Shown piece by piece: positions 25,628-39,845 of a stretch of DNA of 64,000 bases. The translations under genes and the position numbers were made by a program. The stretch's first letter is position 1, and the number at the start of each line of letters is the position of its first letter. Source of the DNA: Malacoraja senta (Eukaryota). Below the pieces are notes generated by a model. That model made no database searches, was not told where the DNA came from, and worked only from the letters and a program-made list of their open reading frames with translations. The DNA is taken from the NCBI GenBank assembly GCA_038087875.1, contig CM075993.1:62001-126000 (forward strand), given 5' to 3'.

Positions 25628-25830
25628 TTAGTTCTGCCACGGCACACTGCCCAGTGCTGAGTTATAGTATGAGCAGAGATGGTCTCTCGGCTCTTTTGCA
25701 ATCTTAGTCCCCGTGTTACCTGGAAAACGCTGCAGTGACACCAAAGTCACGTCGTATACACCACTCCTCCACACACCTGGTGTTATGCTCCCTGTTTGAC
25801 TGTCCACCAAGTCACTGTCCTGCATGGCTA
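25628..25830 (-). pseudogene. PIF/Harbinger transposase C-terminal remnant
   Basis: ITPGVWRS...GNTGTKIAKEPRDHLCSYYNSALGSVPWQN-stop matches the characteristic Harbinger transposase ending (R..L..YFNS..GSVPWQ). Confidence 0.8.
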
Positions 25831-25834
25831 CTTG

Positions 25835-26055
25835 TGTTATGGACTTGGACCCCAAGATCCCTCTGTACATCTACACTGTTATGGCCATTGCATTGATTGT
25901 ATATTTTCTCCTTACATTTTGACCTCTCAAAGTGCAACACCTCACACATGCTCGGGTTAAACTCCATCCTCCATTTTTCCACCCATTTCTGCATCTGATC
26001 TATATCCTGCTGAATACTTTGACAGCCTACCTCACTGTCCGTGACCTCAGCAATA
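25835..26055 (-). mobile_element. CR1 RT fragment (copy at about 39620-39840)
   Basis: QQDIDQMQKWVEKWRMEFNPSMCEVLHF, QRDLGVQVH. Confidence 0.8.
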
Positions 26056-26059
26056 TCAT

Positions 26060-28524
26060 CATCGTCAAAAAAGGAGGTTGAAGGACACATCAGAACCATC
26101 CACACTGATGTTAAAAGATGAACCGATTTTTGTCCCCGCTGACATCCCACCAATCTCACCCCCACAACATCAATTTGACACCAACCCTCCCAAGCTGAGT
26201 GAGGTAAAAGAAGTAGTGAGGAAGGCAAGAACGGCATCTGCACCAGGCCCTAATGGTGTTCCGTATTGTGTTTACAAGAATGCCCCAGATATTCTGAAAT
26301 TCCTCTGGAGGAACATGAGGGTTGCGTGGGAAAAGGAAGTCATCCCCAAAGCCTGGCAAAGAGCGGGGCGAGTCCTGATCCCCCTAAAAAAACATTCTTC
26401 CACCATCGCACAGTTTCGGCAAATAAACCTTCTTAACATAGAGGGCAAGATCTTTTTCAGTGTGGTGGCAAAAAGATTTAAAGTATCTGAAACAAAACCA
26501 TTTCACTGATACGTCAAATCCAAAAGGCTGGCATAGCAGGCTTCTCGGGATGCCTTGAACATACCAGCATCATATGGCATCAAATCCAGACTGCCAAGAA
26601 AGAACGACAGAATCTGCATGTCTTGTTCCTCGATCTGGCCAACACCTATGGATCAGTTCCTCATTCACTACTGTAGACTGCTTCTGAATTCTTTCAGATG
26701 CCTGCAATAATAACAAATCTGGTAAAAAACTACTTCCAGGATCTGCAATTTTGTCTCACAACATCAGACTTCACCACAGCATGGCAAGCACTGGAAGTAG
26801 GCATCATGGCGGGGTGCACCATCTCCCCATTGACCTTCACTATGGCAATGGAGCTCATTATCAGAGCATCAAAATAGGTTGTGGGATGAAAACGGCTACA
26901 GTGTGGTCAGCGATTGCCACCGGAGCGAGCCTTTATGGACGATATAACAACACTAACAACAACTATCCCCTGCACCAAAAAACCTGGAAAAACGTCATCA
27001 AAACATCACATGGGCAAGGATGAAGATTAAACCCAGCAAGTACAGAAGCATCTCCATTGTCAAAGGTCAAGTCAAGGATCAAAGATTTCATATTGACGGA
27101 ATACCTGTTCCAACTGTTTCAGAAATGCCAGTGAAGAGTTTGGGCCAATGGTATGATGCAAAGCTCAAGGACACCGAGCAGTTTGAACAACTGAAAAAGG
27201 ATACCATCATGCACATAGCTCGCATCAACAAGACCTTGCTACCAGGAAAACTCAAGCTGTGGTGCTTCCAATTTGGCATACTACCAAGAATCATGTGGCC
27301 TTTAACTATGTATGAAATCCCCATCAACAAAGTGGAAAAGCTGGAAAGAATGCTCAGCACACATGTGAAACAGTGGCTTGGACTTCCACGATGCTTAAGT
27401 GGTGTCGGACTGGACGGGAGTGGCAAATTGGAATTACCCATTGCAGGACTTGTGGAAGAGTTCAAATGCACTAAAGCAAGGTTGGTCATGACCCTCACTG
27501 AATCTGAAGATACTGTTATTCGAACAGCGGCCCCCAGTGTGGCAACGGGGAGGAAGTGGGCCCCATCTGAAGCTGTTCAGAGTGCTAAGTCTGCTCTTCA
27601 TTTCTGGGATGTGGTTGGTCAAGACCAACATGGGAGAGCCGGGCTCGGGCTCGTCCCAAAATCTCCTCAATGGCACAAGGCAACATCAGTGCAGAAGAGA
27701 CAGCTTGTGGTGGAGGAGGTGAGAAGACGGGAGGAGGCAGAGCGACACGCCAAGGCTGTCTCAATGGCCAAGCAGGGCCAATGGACTAACTGGAAGAGCC
27801 TGGAAAAGAGGAAACTCAGCTGGCATGACATCTGGCAAATGGAAGGATCTTGGCTCAGTTTTGTCATCAGAGCCACTTATGTTCTACCCTCACCCCAGAA
27901 CCTGAAGCAGTGGTTCGGAGAAGACCCCACTTCCTCCCTTTGCCAAGCACCAGCATCACTAAGGCACATTTTAACAGGATGCACTATGAGCCTCGGCCAA
28001 GGGCGTTACACTTGGCGGCATAACCAAGTTCTCAAACAGCAGTCATCAATCCTTGAACAGAGGCGAACGATCACAAATGCTTCCCCACCAACATCGGCAG
28101 GAAATGTCCACTTCACAACATTTGTACCAGCAGGCCAACCTCCAGAGCACCAGATAACATCAATGGATGCAAGCATTCTGCAGCCTGCTTGGGATTGGAA
28201 AATGGAGGTGGACTTAGAAAAAAGGCTTGTGTTTCCCCCAGACATTGTGGCTACAACACTTCGGCCAGACATGGTCCTGTGGTCCACAACAGCCAAGTTG
28301 GCATACGTTGTGGAATTGACAGTTCCATGGGAAGATGGTGTTGAAGAAGCTTATGAGAGGAAAAAGACAGTACTCGGAACTGGCAACTGAAGCTTCCCAG
28401 AATGGCTGGAAGACCAAGATTTTCCCTGTCGAAGTAGGATGCAGGGGATTTGTTGCTACATCTAAGACCAGGCTATTAAAGAAAATTGGTGTGAAGGATC
28501 TTTCCCTCCAACAAGCAATCAAAT
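26060..28524 (+). mobile_element. HERO-like non-LTR retrotransposon (RT + restriction-like endonuclease), truncated by the duplication junction
   Basis: SAPGPNGVPY, FRQINLLNIEGKIFF, LDLANTYGSVPH, FMDD; zinc knuckle SLCQAPASLRHILTGC, RHNQV, RPD, ELTVPWE. Confidence 0.88.
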
Positions 28525-29294
28525 TCCAGAGTGGTGAATCTCTGGAATTCTCTGCCACAGAATGTAGTTGAGGCCAGTTCATTGGCTATATTTAAGAGGG
28601 AGTTAGATGTGGCCCTTGTGGCTAAAGGGATCAGGGGGTATGGAGAGAATGCAGGTACAGGATACTGAGTTGGATGAGCAGCCATGATTATATTGAATGG
28701 CGGTGCAGGCTCGAAGGGCCAAATGGCCTACTCCTGCACCTATTTTCTATGTTTCTATGTTTCTATCCTCGAAAAATTCTATAAGATTCGTCAGACATGA
28801 TTTACCTTTCATAAATCCATGCTGACTTTGTCCAATGATTTCACCACTTTCCAAATGTGCTGCTATCCCATCTTTAATAACTGACTAGCAGTTTTCCCAC
28901 TACCGATGTTATACTAACTGGTCTGTAATTCCCTGTTTTCCCTCTCCCTCCCTGTTCAAAAATAAAATTGACAGTCTCACTGATGTGAAAGGTCTTTATT
29001 TTGCATTAAATAAAACGTTTGTACTTGGTTTGCAGCTGGAAAGGTAAGGTTGCAGACAACTTTCACACGTTATGTGTTTGACGGTTGAACCCTGTCTCCA
29101 AAAGCCCAAACTGTAAATATGCATGAGGACAGGCAATTAACTCATGTATTGTTTGTCCGCTGTTTGTTTTGAACTGTGAATCCTGTCTTCAAGAAGGACC
29201 ACATTAAATATGCAGAATGCAGGCAATTAAAACAGGACGTCAATTGCAAAGGCCTCAATGGCTTGTAAGTGCATGTCTGTTTAATAAGAAACGC

Positions 29295-32200
29295 TGAAAC
29301 ATAGAAAATAGATGCAGGAGGAGGCCATTCGTCCCTTCGAGCCAGCACCTCCATTCATTGTGATCATGGCTGATCGTCCCCAATCAATAACCCGTGCCTG
29401 CCTTCTCCCCATATCCCTTGATTCCACTAGCCCCTAGAGCTCTATCTAACTCTCTCTTAAATCCATCCAGTGTTTTGGCCTCCACTGCCCTCTGTGGCAG
29501 GGAATTCCACAAATTCACAACTCCCTGGGTGAAAAAGTTTCTTCTCACCTTAGTCTTAAATGGCCTCCCCTTTATTCTAAGACTGTGGCCCCTGGTTCTG
29601 GACTCGCCCAACATTGGGAACATTTTTCCTGCATCTAGCTTGTCCAGTCCTTTTATAATTTTATAAGTTTCTATAAGATAACCCCTCATCCTTCTAAACT
29701 TGAGTGAATACAAGCCTAGTCTTTTCAATCTTTCCTCATATGACAGTCCAGCCATCGCAGGGATCAATCTCGTGAACCAACGCTGCACTGCCTCAATCAC
29801 AAGGATGTCCTTCCTCAAATTAGGAGACCAAAACTGTACCCAATACTCACCAGAGCCCTGTACAACTGCAGAAGAACCTCGTTACTCCTATTCTGAAGTC
29901 CTCTTGTTATGAAGGCCAACATTCCATTAGCTCAATGAGTTCCGTGCCCACCAGACTTGGAGCTCTTCTACCGTCGCCTCCGCCTCACTGCATTCTTCCA
30001 TGGGAAGGAGTCCTCGCCCCCTATTGTTGATCCCTTTTCCCGTCTCCAACGGACCCCCTCCTCTTGGACCCCCACTCATGGCCTTCCGGCTTTAGACCTT
30101 TTTATTCAAAACTGCCAGCGGGACATCAACCCCCTCAACTTCTCCACTCCCCTGTCTCACTCCAACCTCTCCCCCCCCTGAACATACAGTCATCGACTCA
30201 CTCCGCAACAACCCAGACAGGCTGATCAAACTCGCCGACAAGGGAGGTGCCGTGGTAATCTGGCGCGTCGATCTCTACAAAGCTGAGGCCACGCGCCAAC
30301 TCTCGGACACCTCCTCCTACTTACCCCTGGACCATGACCACACTGACGAGCACCAGGCCACTATCTCCAGCACCATCACCGACTTCATCCACTCCCACGC
30401 CCTGCCCGACTGAGCCTCAAACCTCATCGTTCCCCAGCCCCAGCACAGCCCGATTTTACCTTCTCCCCAAAACCCACAAACTGGACTGTCCTGGTAGACC
30501 CATTGTCTGCCTGTATGTGCCCCACCGAACTTATTTCCACATACCTCGACTCCATCCTATCCCCCCTGGTTAAATCCCTCCCTACCTATGTTCAAGACAC
30601 CTCAGACACTCTCCGTCATCTCCGGGCATTCCATTCTCTAGGCCCCCATCCCCTCATCTTCACCATGGATATCCAGTCACTCTACACCTCCATCCCCCAC
30701 CAGGATTGTCTCAAAGCCCTCCGGTTCAACCAATCCCCGTCTACAGATACTCTCCTCCGCCTAGCGGAGCTGGTCCTTTCCCTCAATAACTTCTCGTTTA
30801 ACTCCTCCCATTTCCTCCAAATACAAGGCGTAGCTAAGGGGACATGCATGGGCCCCAGCTACGCCTGCCTCTTTGTAGGGTACGTCGAACAATCCTTGTT
30901 CGAGACGTACCAGGGCACCATCCCCGACCTCTACCTCCGCTACATCGACGACTGCATTGGTGCCACCTCCTGCACCCACACACAACTGACTGACTTCATC
31001 CGCTTCACCACTAACTTCCATCTGGCACTCAAATACACCTGGACCATTTCCGACACTTCCCTACCATTCCTTGACCTCACTATCTCCATCGTAGGTGATA
31101 GCCTTCTGACCGACATCCACGATAAACCCACTGACTCCCTATGGCTATCTAGACTACACTTCTTCCCACCCTGCTTCCTGTAAGGACTCCATCCCCTATT
31201 CCTCCGTCTACGCCGCATCTGCTCCCAGGTTGAGGTGTTCCACACCAGGGCATCGGAGATGTCCTCATTCTTCAGGGAACGGGGGTTCCCCTCCCCTACT
31301 ATAGATGAGGCTCTCACCAGGGTCTCTTCCATACCCCGTAACACTGCTCTCTCTCCCCATCCCCCCACTCGTAACAAGAGCAGAGTCCCCCTAGTCCTCA
31401 CCTTTCACCCCACTAACCGTCACATACAACAAATAGTCCTCCGACATTTTCGCCACCTCCAACGTGACCCCACCACTCGCCACATCTTCCCATCTCCCCC
31501 CCCTGTCTGCTTTCCGCAGAGAACGCTCCCTCCGTAACTCCCTGGTCAATTCTTCCCTTCCCTCCCGCACCACCCCCTCCCCGGGCACTTTCCCTTGCAA
31601 CGGCAGTAAATGCTACATTTGTCGATTTACCTCCCCCCTCGACTCCATCCAAGGACCCAAGCAGTCGTTCCAGGTGCGGCAGAGGTTCACCTGCATCTCC
31701 TCCAACCTCATCTATTGCATCCACTGCTCTAGATGTCAGCTGATCTACATCGGTGAGACCAAGCGGAGGCTTGGCGATCGTTTCGCCGAACACCTCCGCT
31801 CGGTCCGCATTAACCAAACTGATCTCCCGGTGGCTCAGCACTTCAACTCCCCCTCCCATTCCGAATCTGAGCTTTCTGTCATGGGCCTCCTCCATGGCCA
31901 GAGTGAGGCCCACCGGAAATTGGAGGAGCAGCACCTCATATTCCGCTTGGGCAGTTTGCACTCTAGTGGCATAAACATTGACTTCTCCAATATCCGGTAG
32001 CCCTTGCTGTCTCCTCCCCTTCTCAGCTCTCGCTCAGCCCTCGGGCTCCTCCTCACTCAACCTGTCCAGGTCACCCTGCAACCTCCTAACATCCTCATCA
32101 CAGTTCACACTGCCATCTAACTTGCTAGTGTTGCTCCAAATTCCCTCTTCCAAATCATTAATATATATGGTAAACAGTTGCGACTCCAACACTGAGCTTT

Positions 32201-35200
32201 GTGGCACTCCACTCACCACCGCCTGCCATTCTGAAAAGGACCCGTTCACTCCTACTCTTTGCTTCCTGTCTGCCAACCAATTTTCTATCCATGTCAACAC
32301 CCTACCCCCAATACCATGTGCTCTAATTTTAGTCACCAGTCTCCAGTGTGGGACCTTATCAAAAGCTTTCTGAAACTCTAGATACACTACATCCACCGGC
32401 TCCCCTTCATCCATTTTACTTGTCACATCCTCAAACAATTCCAGAAGATTGGTCAAGCATGATTTTCCTTTCACAAATCCATGTTGACTTGGACTAATCC
32501 TTTTACTGCTATCCAAATGCCCCATTATTACCTCTTTAATAATTGACTCCAGCGTCTTTCCCACCACCAAAGTCAGGCTAACTGGTCTGTAATTCCCCGT
32601 TTTCTCTCCCGCTCCTTTCTTGAAAAGTGGGATAACATTAGCTATCCTCCAATCCACAGGAACTGATCCTGAGTCTATTGAACATTGGAAAATGATCACC
32701 AATGCGTCCACTATTTCTAGAGCCACCTCCCTGAGGACCCTGGGATGCAGACCATCAGGCCCAGGGAATTTATCATCCTTCAGTCCCATTAGCCTACCCA
32801 ATACTATTTCTCGCCTAATGAACATTTCTTTCAGTTCCTCTACCCCCTTAGATCCTCTGTCCTCCAGTACATCTGGGAGATTGTTTGTGTCTTCCTTAGT
32901 GAAGACAGATCCAAAGTACCTATTCAACTCTTCTGCCATTTCCTTGTTACCCATAATAATTTCACCTGTGTCTGCCTTCAAGGGACCCACATTTGATTTT
33001 GCTACTCTTTTTCCCTTAACATATCTAATGAAGCTTTTACTGTCCTTCTTTATATTCCTGGCCAGCGTACTTCATCTTTTTAGCCCGTATTGCCCGTTTT
33101 GTTTCCTTCTGTTGTCCTATGAAAGTTTCCCAATCCTCTGGCTTCCGGCTACTCTTTGCTGTGTTATACATCTTTTCTTTTAGTTTTATTCTATCCCTAA
33201 CTTCTCTTGTCAGCCACGACTCCCCTTAGAATCTTTCTTCCTTTTTGGAATGAAATTATCCTGCGTCTTCCGGATTATGCCCAGAAATTCCTGCCATTGC
33301 TGTTCCACCATCATTCCTGCTAGGATCCCTTTCCAGTCTACCTTGGCCAGCTCCCCTCTCATGCCTTCATAGTCCCCTTTGTTCAACTGCATCACTGCCA
33401 CTTCCGATTTAACATTCTCCTTCTCAAATTGCAGATTAAAACTAATCATATTATGATCACTACCTCCAAGCGGTTCCTTTACCTCGAGTTCTCTTTATCA
33501 TATCTGGTTCATTGGACAACACTAAATCCAGAATTGCCTTTTCTCTGGTCGGCTCCATTACAAGCTGCTCTAAACATCCATCTCGGAGGCATTCAACAAA
33601 CTCTCTTTCTTGGGGTCCTGAACCAACCTGATTTTCCCAGTCTACCTGCATATTGAAATCCCCCATCACCACAGTGGCATTACCTTTGTTACATGCCAGT
33701 TTTAACTCTTGCTGCAACTTACACCCTACATCCGGGCTACTATTTGGGGGTCTGTAAATAACACCAATTAGTGTCTTCTTTCCTTTACAATTCCTCAACT
33801 CAATCCACAGTGATTCTACCTCGTCAGTCCCTATGTCTTCCCTCACAAGGAACTGAATTCCATCCCTCACCAGCAGAGCTACCCCTCCCCCCTCCTCTGC
33901 CCACCTGCCTGTCCTTTCTATAGGATGTATAACCCTGAATATTAAGTTCCCAGGCCCGATCCTCCTGCAGCCACGTCTCGGTAATCCCTACAATGTCATA
34001 TCTACCAACCTCTAACTGAGCCTCAAGCTCATCTACTTTACTTCTTATACTTCGCGCATTCAAATACAATACTTTTAATTCCTTACGCATCTCACCTTTC
34101 ACATCGATCCTTATTGCACTTGGCCATACTCTCCTATCCCTTTGTGAGCTTCCTTTCCCATTAATTCTGGGGTCATTAACCATCCCTTTAACTCCATCCT
34201 CGATAATCCCATTTGACACCCCCCCCCCCCTTATTTAGTTTTAAACCACCTGTGTAGCAGTGGCAAACCTGCCTGCCAGAATGCCGGTCCCCCGCCTGTT
34301 AAGGTGCAATCCGTCCCTTTTGTACAGTTCCCCCTTCTCCAAAACAGATCCCAGTGGTCTAAAATCTAAATCCCTGCCCCCTGCACAAGTTCCCCAGCCA
34401 TGCATTCAGGTCCCGTATCTCCCTGTTCCTGCTCTCGCCAGCACGAGGAACTGGAAGCAAACCGGAGATAACCACCCTGGAAGTCCTGCTTTTCAGCATT
34501 TTTCTGAGCTCTCTAAAGTCACGCTTCAGAATATTCATCCCCTTCTTTCCGACATCGTTTGTGCCAACATGCACTACAACTTCTGGCTGTCCAGTCCTTT
34601 TATAATTTTATAAGTTTCTATAAGATAATCCCTCATCCTTCTAAACTTGAGTGAATACAAGCCTAGTCTTTTCAATCTTTCCTCATATGACAGTCCAGCC
34701 ATCGCAGGGATCAATCTCGTGAACCAACGCTGCACTGCCTCAATCACAAGGATGTCCTTCCTCAAATTAGGAGACCAAAACTGTACCCAATACTCCAGAT
34801 GTGGTCTCACCAGAGCCCTGTACAACTGCAGAAGAACCTCGTTACTCCTATTCTGAAGTCCTCTTGTTATGAAGGCCAACATTCCATTAGCTCAATGAGT
34901 TCCGTGCCCACCAGACTTGGAGCTCTTCTACCGTCGCCTCCGCCTCACTGCGTTCTTCCATGGGAAGGAGTCCTCGCCCTATTCAAAGTACCTATTCAAC
35001 TCTTCTGCCATTTCCTTGTTACCCATAATAATTTCACCTGTGTCTGCCTTCAAGGGACCCACATTTGATTTTGCTACTCTTTTTCCCTTAACATATCTAA
35101 TGAAGCTTTTACTGTCCTTCTTTATATTCCTGGCCAGCTTCCCTTCGTACTTCATCTTTTTAGCCCGTATTGCCCGTTTTGTTTCCTTCTGTCCTATGAA

Positions 35201-35531
35201 AGTTTCCCAATCCTCTGGCTTCCGGCTACTCTTTGCTGTGTTATACATCTTTTCTTTTAGTTTTATTCTATCCCTAACTTCTCTTGTCAGCCACGGTTGC
35301 CTCCTACTCCCCTTAGAATCTTTCTTCCTTTTTGGAATGAAATTATCCTGCGACTTCCGGATTATGCCCAGAAATTCCTGCCATTGCTGTTCCACCATCA
35401 TTCCTGCTAGGATCCCTTTCCAGTCTACCTTGTTCACCTTCGCTCTTGAGGATTTTCTCCACTCTGTCCGTGACATCCTGGATCCTGGCACCTGGTAGGC
35501 AGCACACCATCCTCGCATCCCGTCTGTTGCC
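29295..35531 (-). mobile_element. Duplicate of the long CR1 (copy 2)
   Basis: ORFs 29384-29818, 32034-32990, 33460-34219 and 34359-34574 mirror copy 1. Confidence 0.93.
29932..32053 (+). mobile_element. Penelope-like element, copy 2
   Basis: ORFs 30503-31183 and 31464-32000 with the same RT and GIY-YIG motifs. Confidence 0.95.
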
Positions 35532-35550
35532 TCACGTCGTAGTTACAGTC

Positions 35551-38500
35551 ATGAGGCTCTGGACACATTGTAAAAATGATTCCAGCATCAACAACAGAGC
35601 AGTGAGCAGGAGGTGGATGATCCTCTGGAGGGGACCTCTTCGCCGGGCCCATCCACCAGCATTCCAGGAGGCAGATGTTGCAGGAGAGCAACAGTGGCGG
35701 CACCACACCTGGAGGGGATGACGAAGGGAGATGTTTTAAAGACCACTTGACTGTTGTAAATACATAGAGTTAGAAGTCAGCACATTTCAATTCTCATTCG
35801 CCAATGCATCCATCCATTCACCATTGCGCTCTTAACATGGGTTCTTATGTTTCAGCTCACTGACCTTGTAAAAGGTATAAAAGTGATGAGTGATGCACGC
35901 AGGGAAACGACACCGCAATACGACCATGTATTTACAGTCTGTGAGTGTGTGGCCTCAGTGATAACCAACAATCCCACAGGGAACGTGTGGGCGTTCACAA
36001 AACTTCTCTTGACTAATGCAATCGTCTACCACGAGAATGTAAATATGCCTTTTCAATTATAACTACTTCTGTTATCGCTTGGCTTCAATATCGTTACTTC
36101 TCATATGTGATTGTCACAATGATTTAATGTGTGTTGTTGTCTGCGCAGGAATTGAAAGAAGTGGCACATGAAACAGTGGTGCCGCGCCTCACATATCTAC
36201 TGCCTCATCCTTTGCCCTATTTTGATCAGGTATTGAAAATCAGATGAACGCTTCCATTAGTGTAGTCCTTTGACATTGAAGTGCTCAGTGAGATTTTTTT
36301 AATGCATTGAGCTCCTCTAATATATGATTCTCTAATTCAAACGCAGTCAGCGAGGCTACAGGGAGTACACATTGCAACTGGGCACAGCCACATTACCAGG
36401 CAGCACAGGTATACAATTCAAAGTGTATGATTTTGTGTTAGATTGTAGTTTAACACTCCCTAATTTTTTGTATTATTATTGGGCAGCAAATGTCAAAAAT
36501 GTGATTCACCTGTTGGACAACTCTGCCCAACGGATGGATTGGAGAGTAATGGAGAGAGAGGATTGCTCCCCTTTTAATATAGGAGCGATCCTTCTCTCAC
36601 CAATAAAACTGAATAATACCATATACAGTAAAAATCCAATTATTCATAGTACAATTAGAATTTGGAAACAAATAAAATTAACCCTAAAATTAAGAAACCT
36701 ATCGCTTCTCTCTCCCATAGTTAATAATCCGTCGTTTAAACCATCCATTATAGATAAATCATTTACACATTGGGAAAGAATAGGAATTAAAACGTTTGGA
36801 GACATGTATGAAAATGGAATTTTTTTATCATTCCAACAACTACAACTTAAATACAATCTGAGAAGTAATCAATATTTTAAATATTTTCAAATCCGTGATT
36901 ATTTGAAAAACTCTACACAAGAATATCAAAATTTGTCTCCAGACCTATTAGACGAAGCAATGAATATAAAGGCGGAATCAACTAATTTAATATCATACTT
37001 GTATAATATCATCCTAAATATAGAAATACCATCATCCGATAGAATTAGAAGAGTTTGGGAACAAGAACTAGCTATAGAAATCTCGAAAGAGAGTTGGGAT
37101 AAACACTTGCTATATGTGCACAAATGCTCGATCAATGTAAGACAGCTTAAGGATAAGGGGGAAATCCTTTAAGACCGAGATGAGGAAAAACTGTTTCACA
37201 CAGAGAGTGGTGAATCTCTGGAACTCTCTGCCGCAGAGGGTAGTTGAGGCCAGTTCATTGGCTATATTTAAGAGGGAGTTAGATGTGGCCCTTGTGGCTA
37301 AAGGGATCAGGGGGTATGGAGAGAAGGCAGGTACGGGATACTGAGTTGGATGATCAGCCATGATCATATTGAATGGCGGTGCAGGCTTGAAGGGCCGAAT
37401 GGCCTACTCCTGCACCTATTTTCTATGTATCTATGTATCTAAGACATATTCTAATCCAATTCAAAACCTTACATAGACTATATTACTCAAAAACTAAAAT
37501 AAGTAAATTTTATCCAAATGTCTCCCCCATCTGTGATAAATGTCTATCCCAAGAAGCAACTATAGCACATTCCTTTGTTTTTTTGTATAAAAATCCAAAA
37601 AGTTTGGAATTAAATCTTTGAAATGTTTACAAAATTATTTAAAATAAAACTGAAACCGAAAGCAGAATTGATTATTTTTGGAACAATGGAAGCCAGCTTT
37701 GAGCTGACTTCGTTCCAAAAGAGCTTCCTTAATTACGGCTTAATAATGGCAAAAAAACATACTTAAATTCTGGAAAAAACGCTCCCACACCAACGATAAA
37801 AATGTGGATTTCAAATATGTCCGAACTGTTACACCTCGAAGACATGAGATTCCTCCTAGCAGGCAAATCAGACCATTCCAAAAGATTTGGTCTCCATTTA
37901 TCGACTTATTACAAGCATAGGGTGCAACATAACTTTGAAAATAACTGGTTTCAGGACCTGGTGAGGGGTGTGTAAAGATATGAAGTAGGTACATCCCTTT
38001 TATCTTATTTTACTTTCTTATATCTTCTGTTTTCTATTTTTCTCTTTCTTTTCCTTTGCTTTTCTTTTTAACTCTTTCTCGTGGTTTACGTTTCTCCGGG
38101 TTTCTCCTGATCACTCTTTCACGCACTTACTATCTTATCTAACTCTCTCTATTCTTCTCCTTTTTAAAGTTTAAAACAAGAAGTGGTACAGGAAATGTAT
38201 TATGTTATTTTTGGCTTATATCACTGTAATGTACATTACTTCTAATAAATAAAATATTTTTAAAAAAGAAAAAGATTGTAGTTTAAATAATTTTCATTCA
38301 CAACCGCATAAGGCCATTAAACTAATTATCTTCCTTGAGTGATGTGATGCAAGAATAGTCAATGATTTGCCCGAAAAGACATCATACATTTTCATAAAGT
38401 TTACAGTAAAATCTGGAATAACCCAACTGCACCTATTTAATGGTCTGCTAAAAAGCTTATAACATGTACTTCCTAATTCTTTTCCAAAGAACCCTACTCA

Positions 38501-38629
38501 CTTTCACACATCTGCACCTGCTGTAACAGCCTTAACAGCATTGGCATCTGGATATGGAGACAGCTGTCTCCGTGGACAGAAAGAGCTGTGGATGAAGGGA
38601 GAGAGAGGCTCAGAGACATGGGTCTGTAG
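35551..38629 (+). pseudogene. Same multi-exon gene relic, duplication copy 2
   Basis: Offset about 13,786 from copy 1; ORF 35847-36062 identical to 22061-22276. Confidence 0.6.
36454..38272 (+). mobile_element. Duplicate of the truncated L1 with nested CR1 fragment
   Basis: TSD at 36440-36453 and 38273-38286. Confidence 0.96.
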
Positions 38630-39413
38630 TAAAGTTTACCCTTTGATGTAGATTCTTATTTGTATGTTAATGCCGTTTTTTCCCTGTTTGAGATTGTTTT
38701 CATTTTGTTTGCAAACTCCCACATTTAGTAGTGGGTGATAGTTAAACAACTTTTTAAGAATCCATTTGATTCTCACCGTTTGTTCATTTTAATATAATTC
38801 CATAGTATCATGACTTTAATGTACTATTTCCTTCATCATGAAACACCAAATAGAGGATGCGATCTACTCACATCTCACAATCATTTGCTGTGCCTTTTAA
38901 ATGTAAAATAATTTTACCTCAGAAAATATGACAAACCGCACTGTGAATGTGAAAGTCTTTATTCATCTTGTTCAATAAATAAAGGCCATTTTTACACATC
39001 TTGATAAATGGAGCACCACAGCAAACAATGGTGGTTTGCAATAGGGCTTACCGTACATGTCAATTAGCAAATGAAACACAGAGAAGTTTTTCCAGTATTT
39101 CTTATCATTCAGCTGACAAATGAAGCACCAGCCTACATTCTGACAATAAAACAGACAATGCAATGAATTCAAGGGCTATGTTTGCAGATCTACCTACACT
39201 AATCAGACCAGCAGATGCATGATAAATACTACTTTATGAACAGACATCTGTAATGAAATTATTTACACAAAAATGAAAATAAAAATCCACACTTAAACTG
39301 AAATCAAACAAATTCAGCAGGATTTAAACTAAACATAACATTCACTGATCTTGTCTGCATGTGGGTTCTCCTCATGCACTGGTGTACCTGTTGTCTGCTG
39401 TCCCTCAAATGAC

Positions 39414-39616
39414 TTAGTTCTGCCACGGCACACTGCCCAGTGCTGAGTTATAGTATGAGCAGAGATGGTCTCTCGGCTCTTTTGCAATCTTAGTCCCCGT
39501 GTTACCTGGAAAACGCTGCAGTGACACCAAAGTCACGTCGTATACACCACTCCTCCACACACCTGGTGTTATGCTCCCTGTTTGACTGTCCACCAAGTCA
39601 CTGTCCTGCATGGCTA
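39414..39616 (-). pseudogene. PIF/Harbinger transposase C-terminal remnant, copy 2
   Basis: Identical peptide to 25628-25830. Confidence 0.8.
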
Positions 39617-39845
39617 CTTGTGTTATGGACTTGGACCCCAAGATCCCTCTGTACATCTACACTGTTATGGCCATTGCATTGATTGTATATTTTCTCCTTA
39701 CATTTTGGCCTCTCAAAGTGCAACACCTCACACATGCTTGGGTTAAACTCCATCCTCCATTTTTCCACCCATTTCTGCATCTGATCTATATCCTGCTGAA
39801 TACTTTGACAGCCTACCTCACTGTCCGTGACCTCAGCAATATCAT

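Larger units (their letters stand above)
14728..28527 (+). repeat. Segmental tandem duplication, copy 1 (about 13.8 kb)
   Basis: ORF sets repeat at offsets 13,798 to 13,785 with near-identical proteins. Confidence 0.97.
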
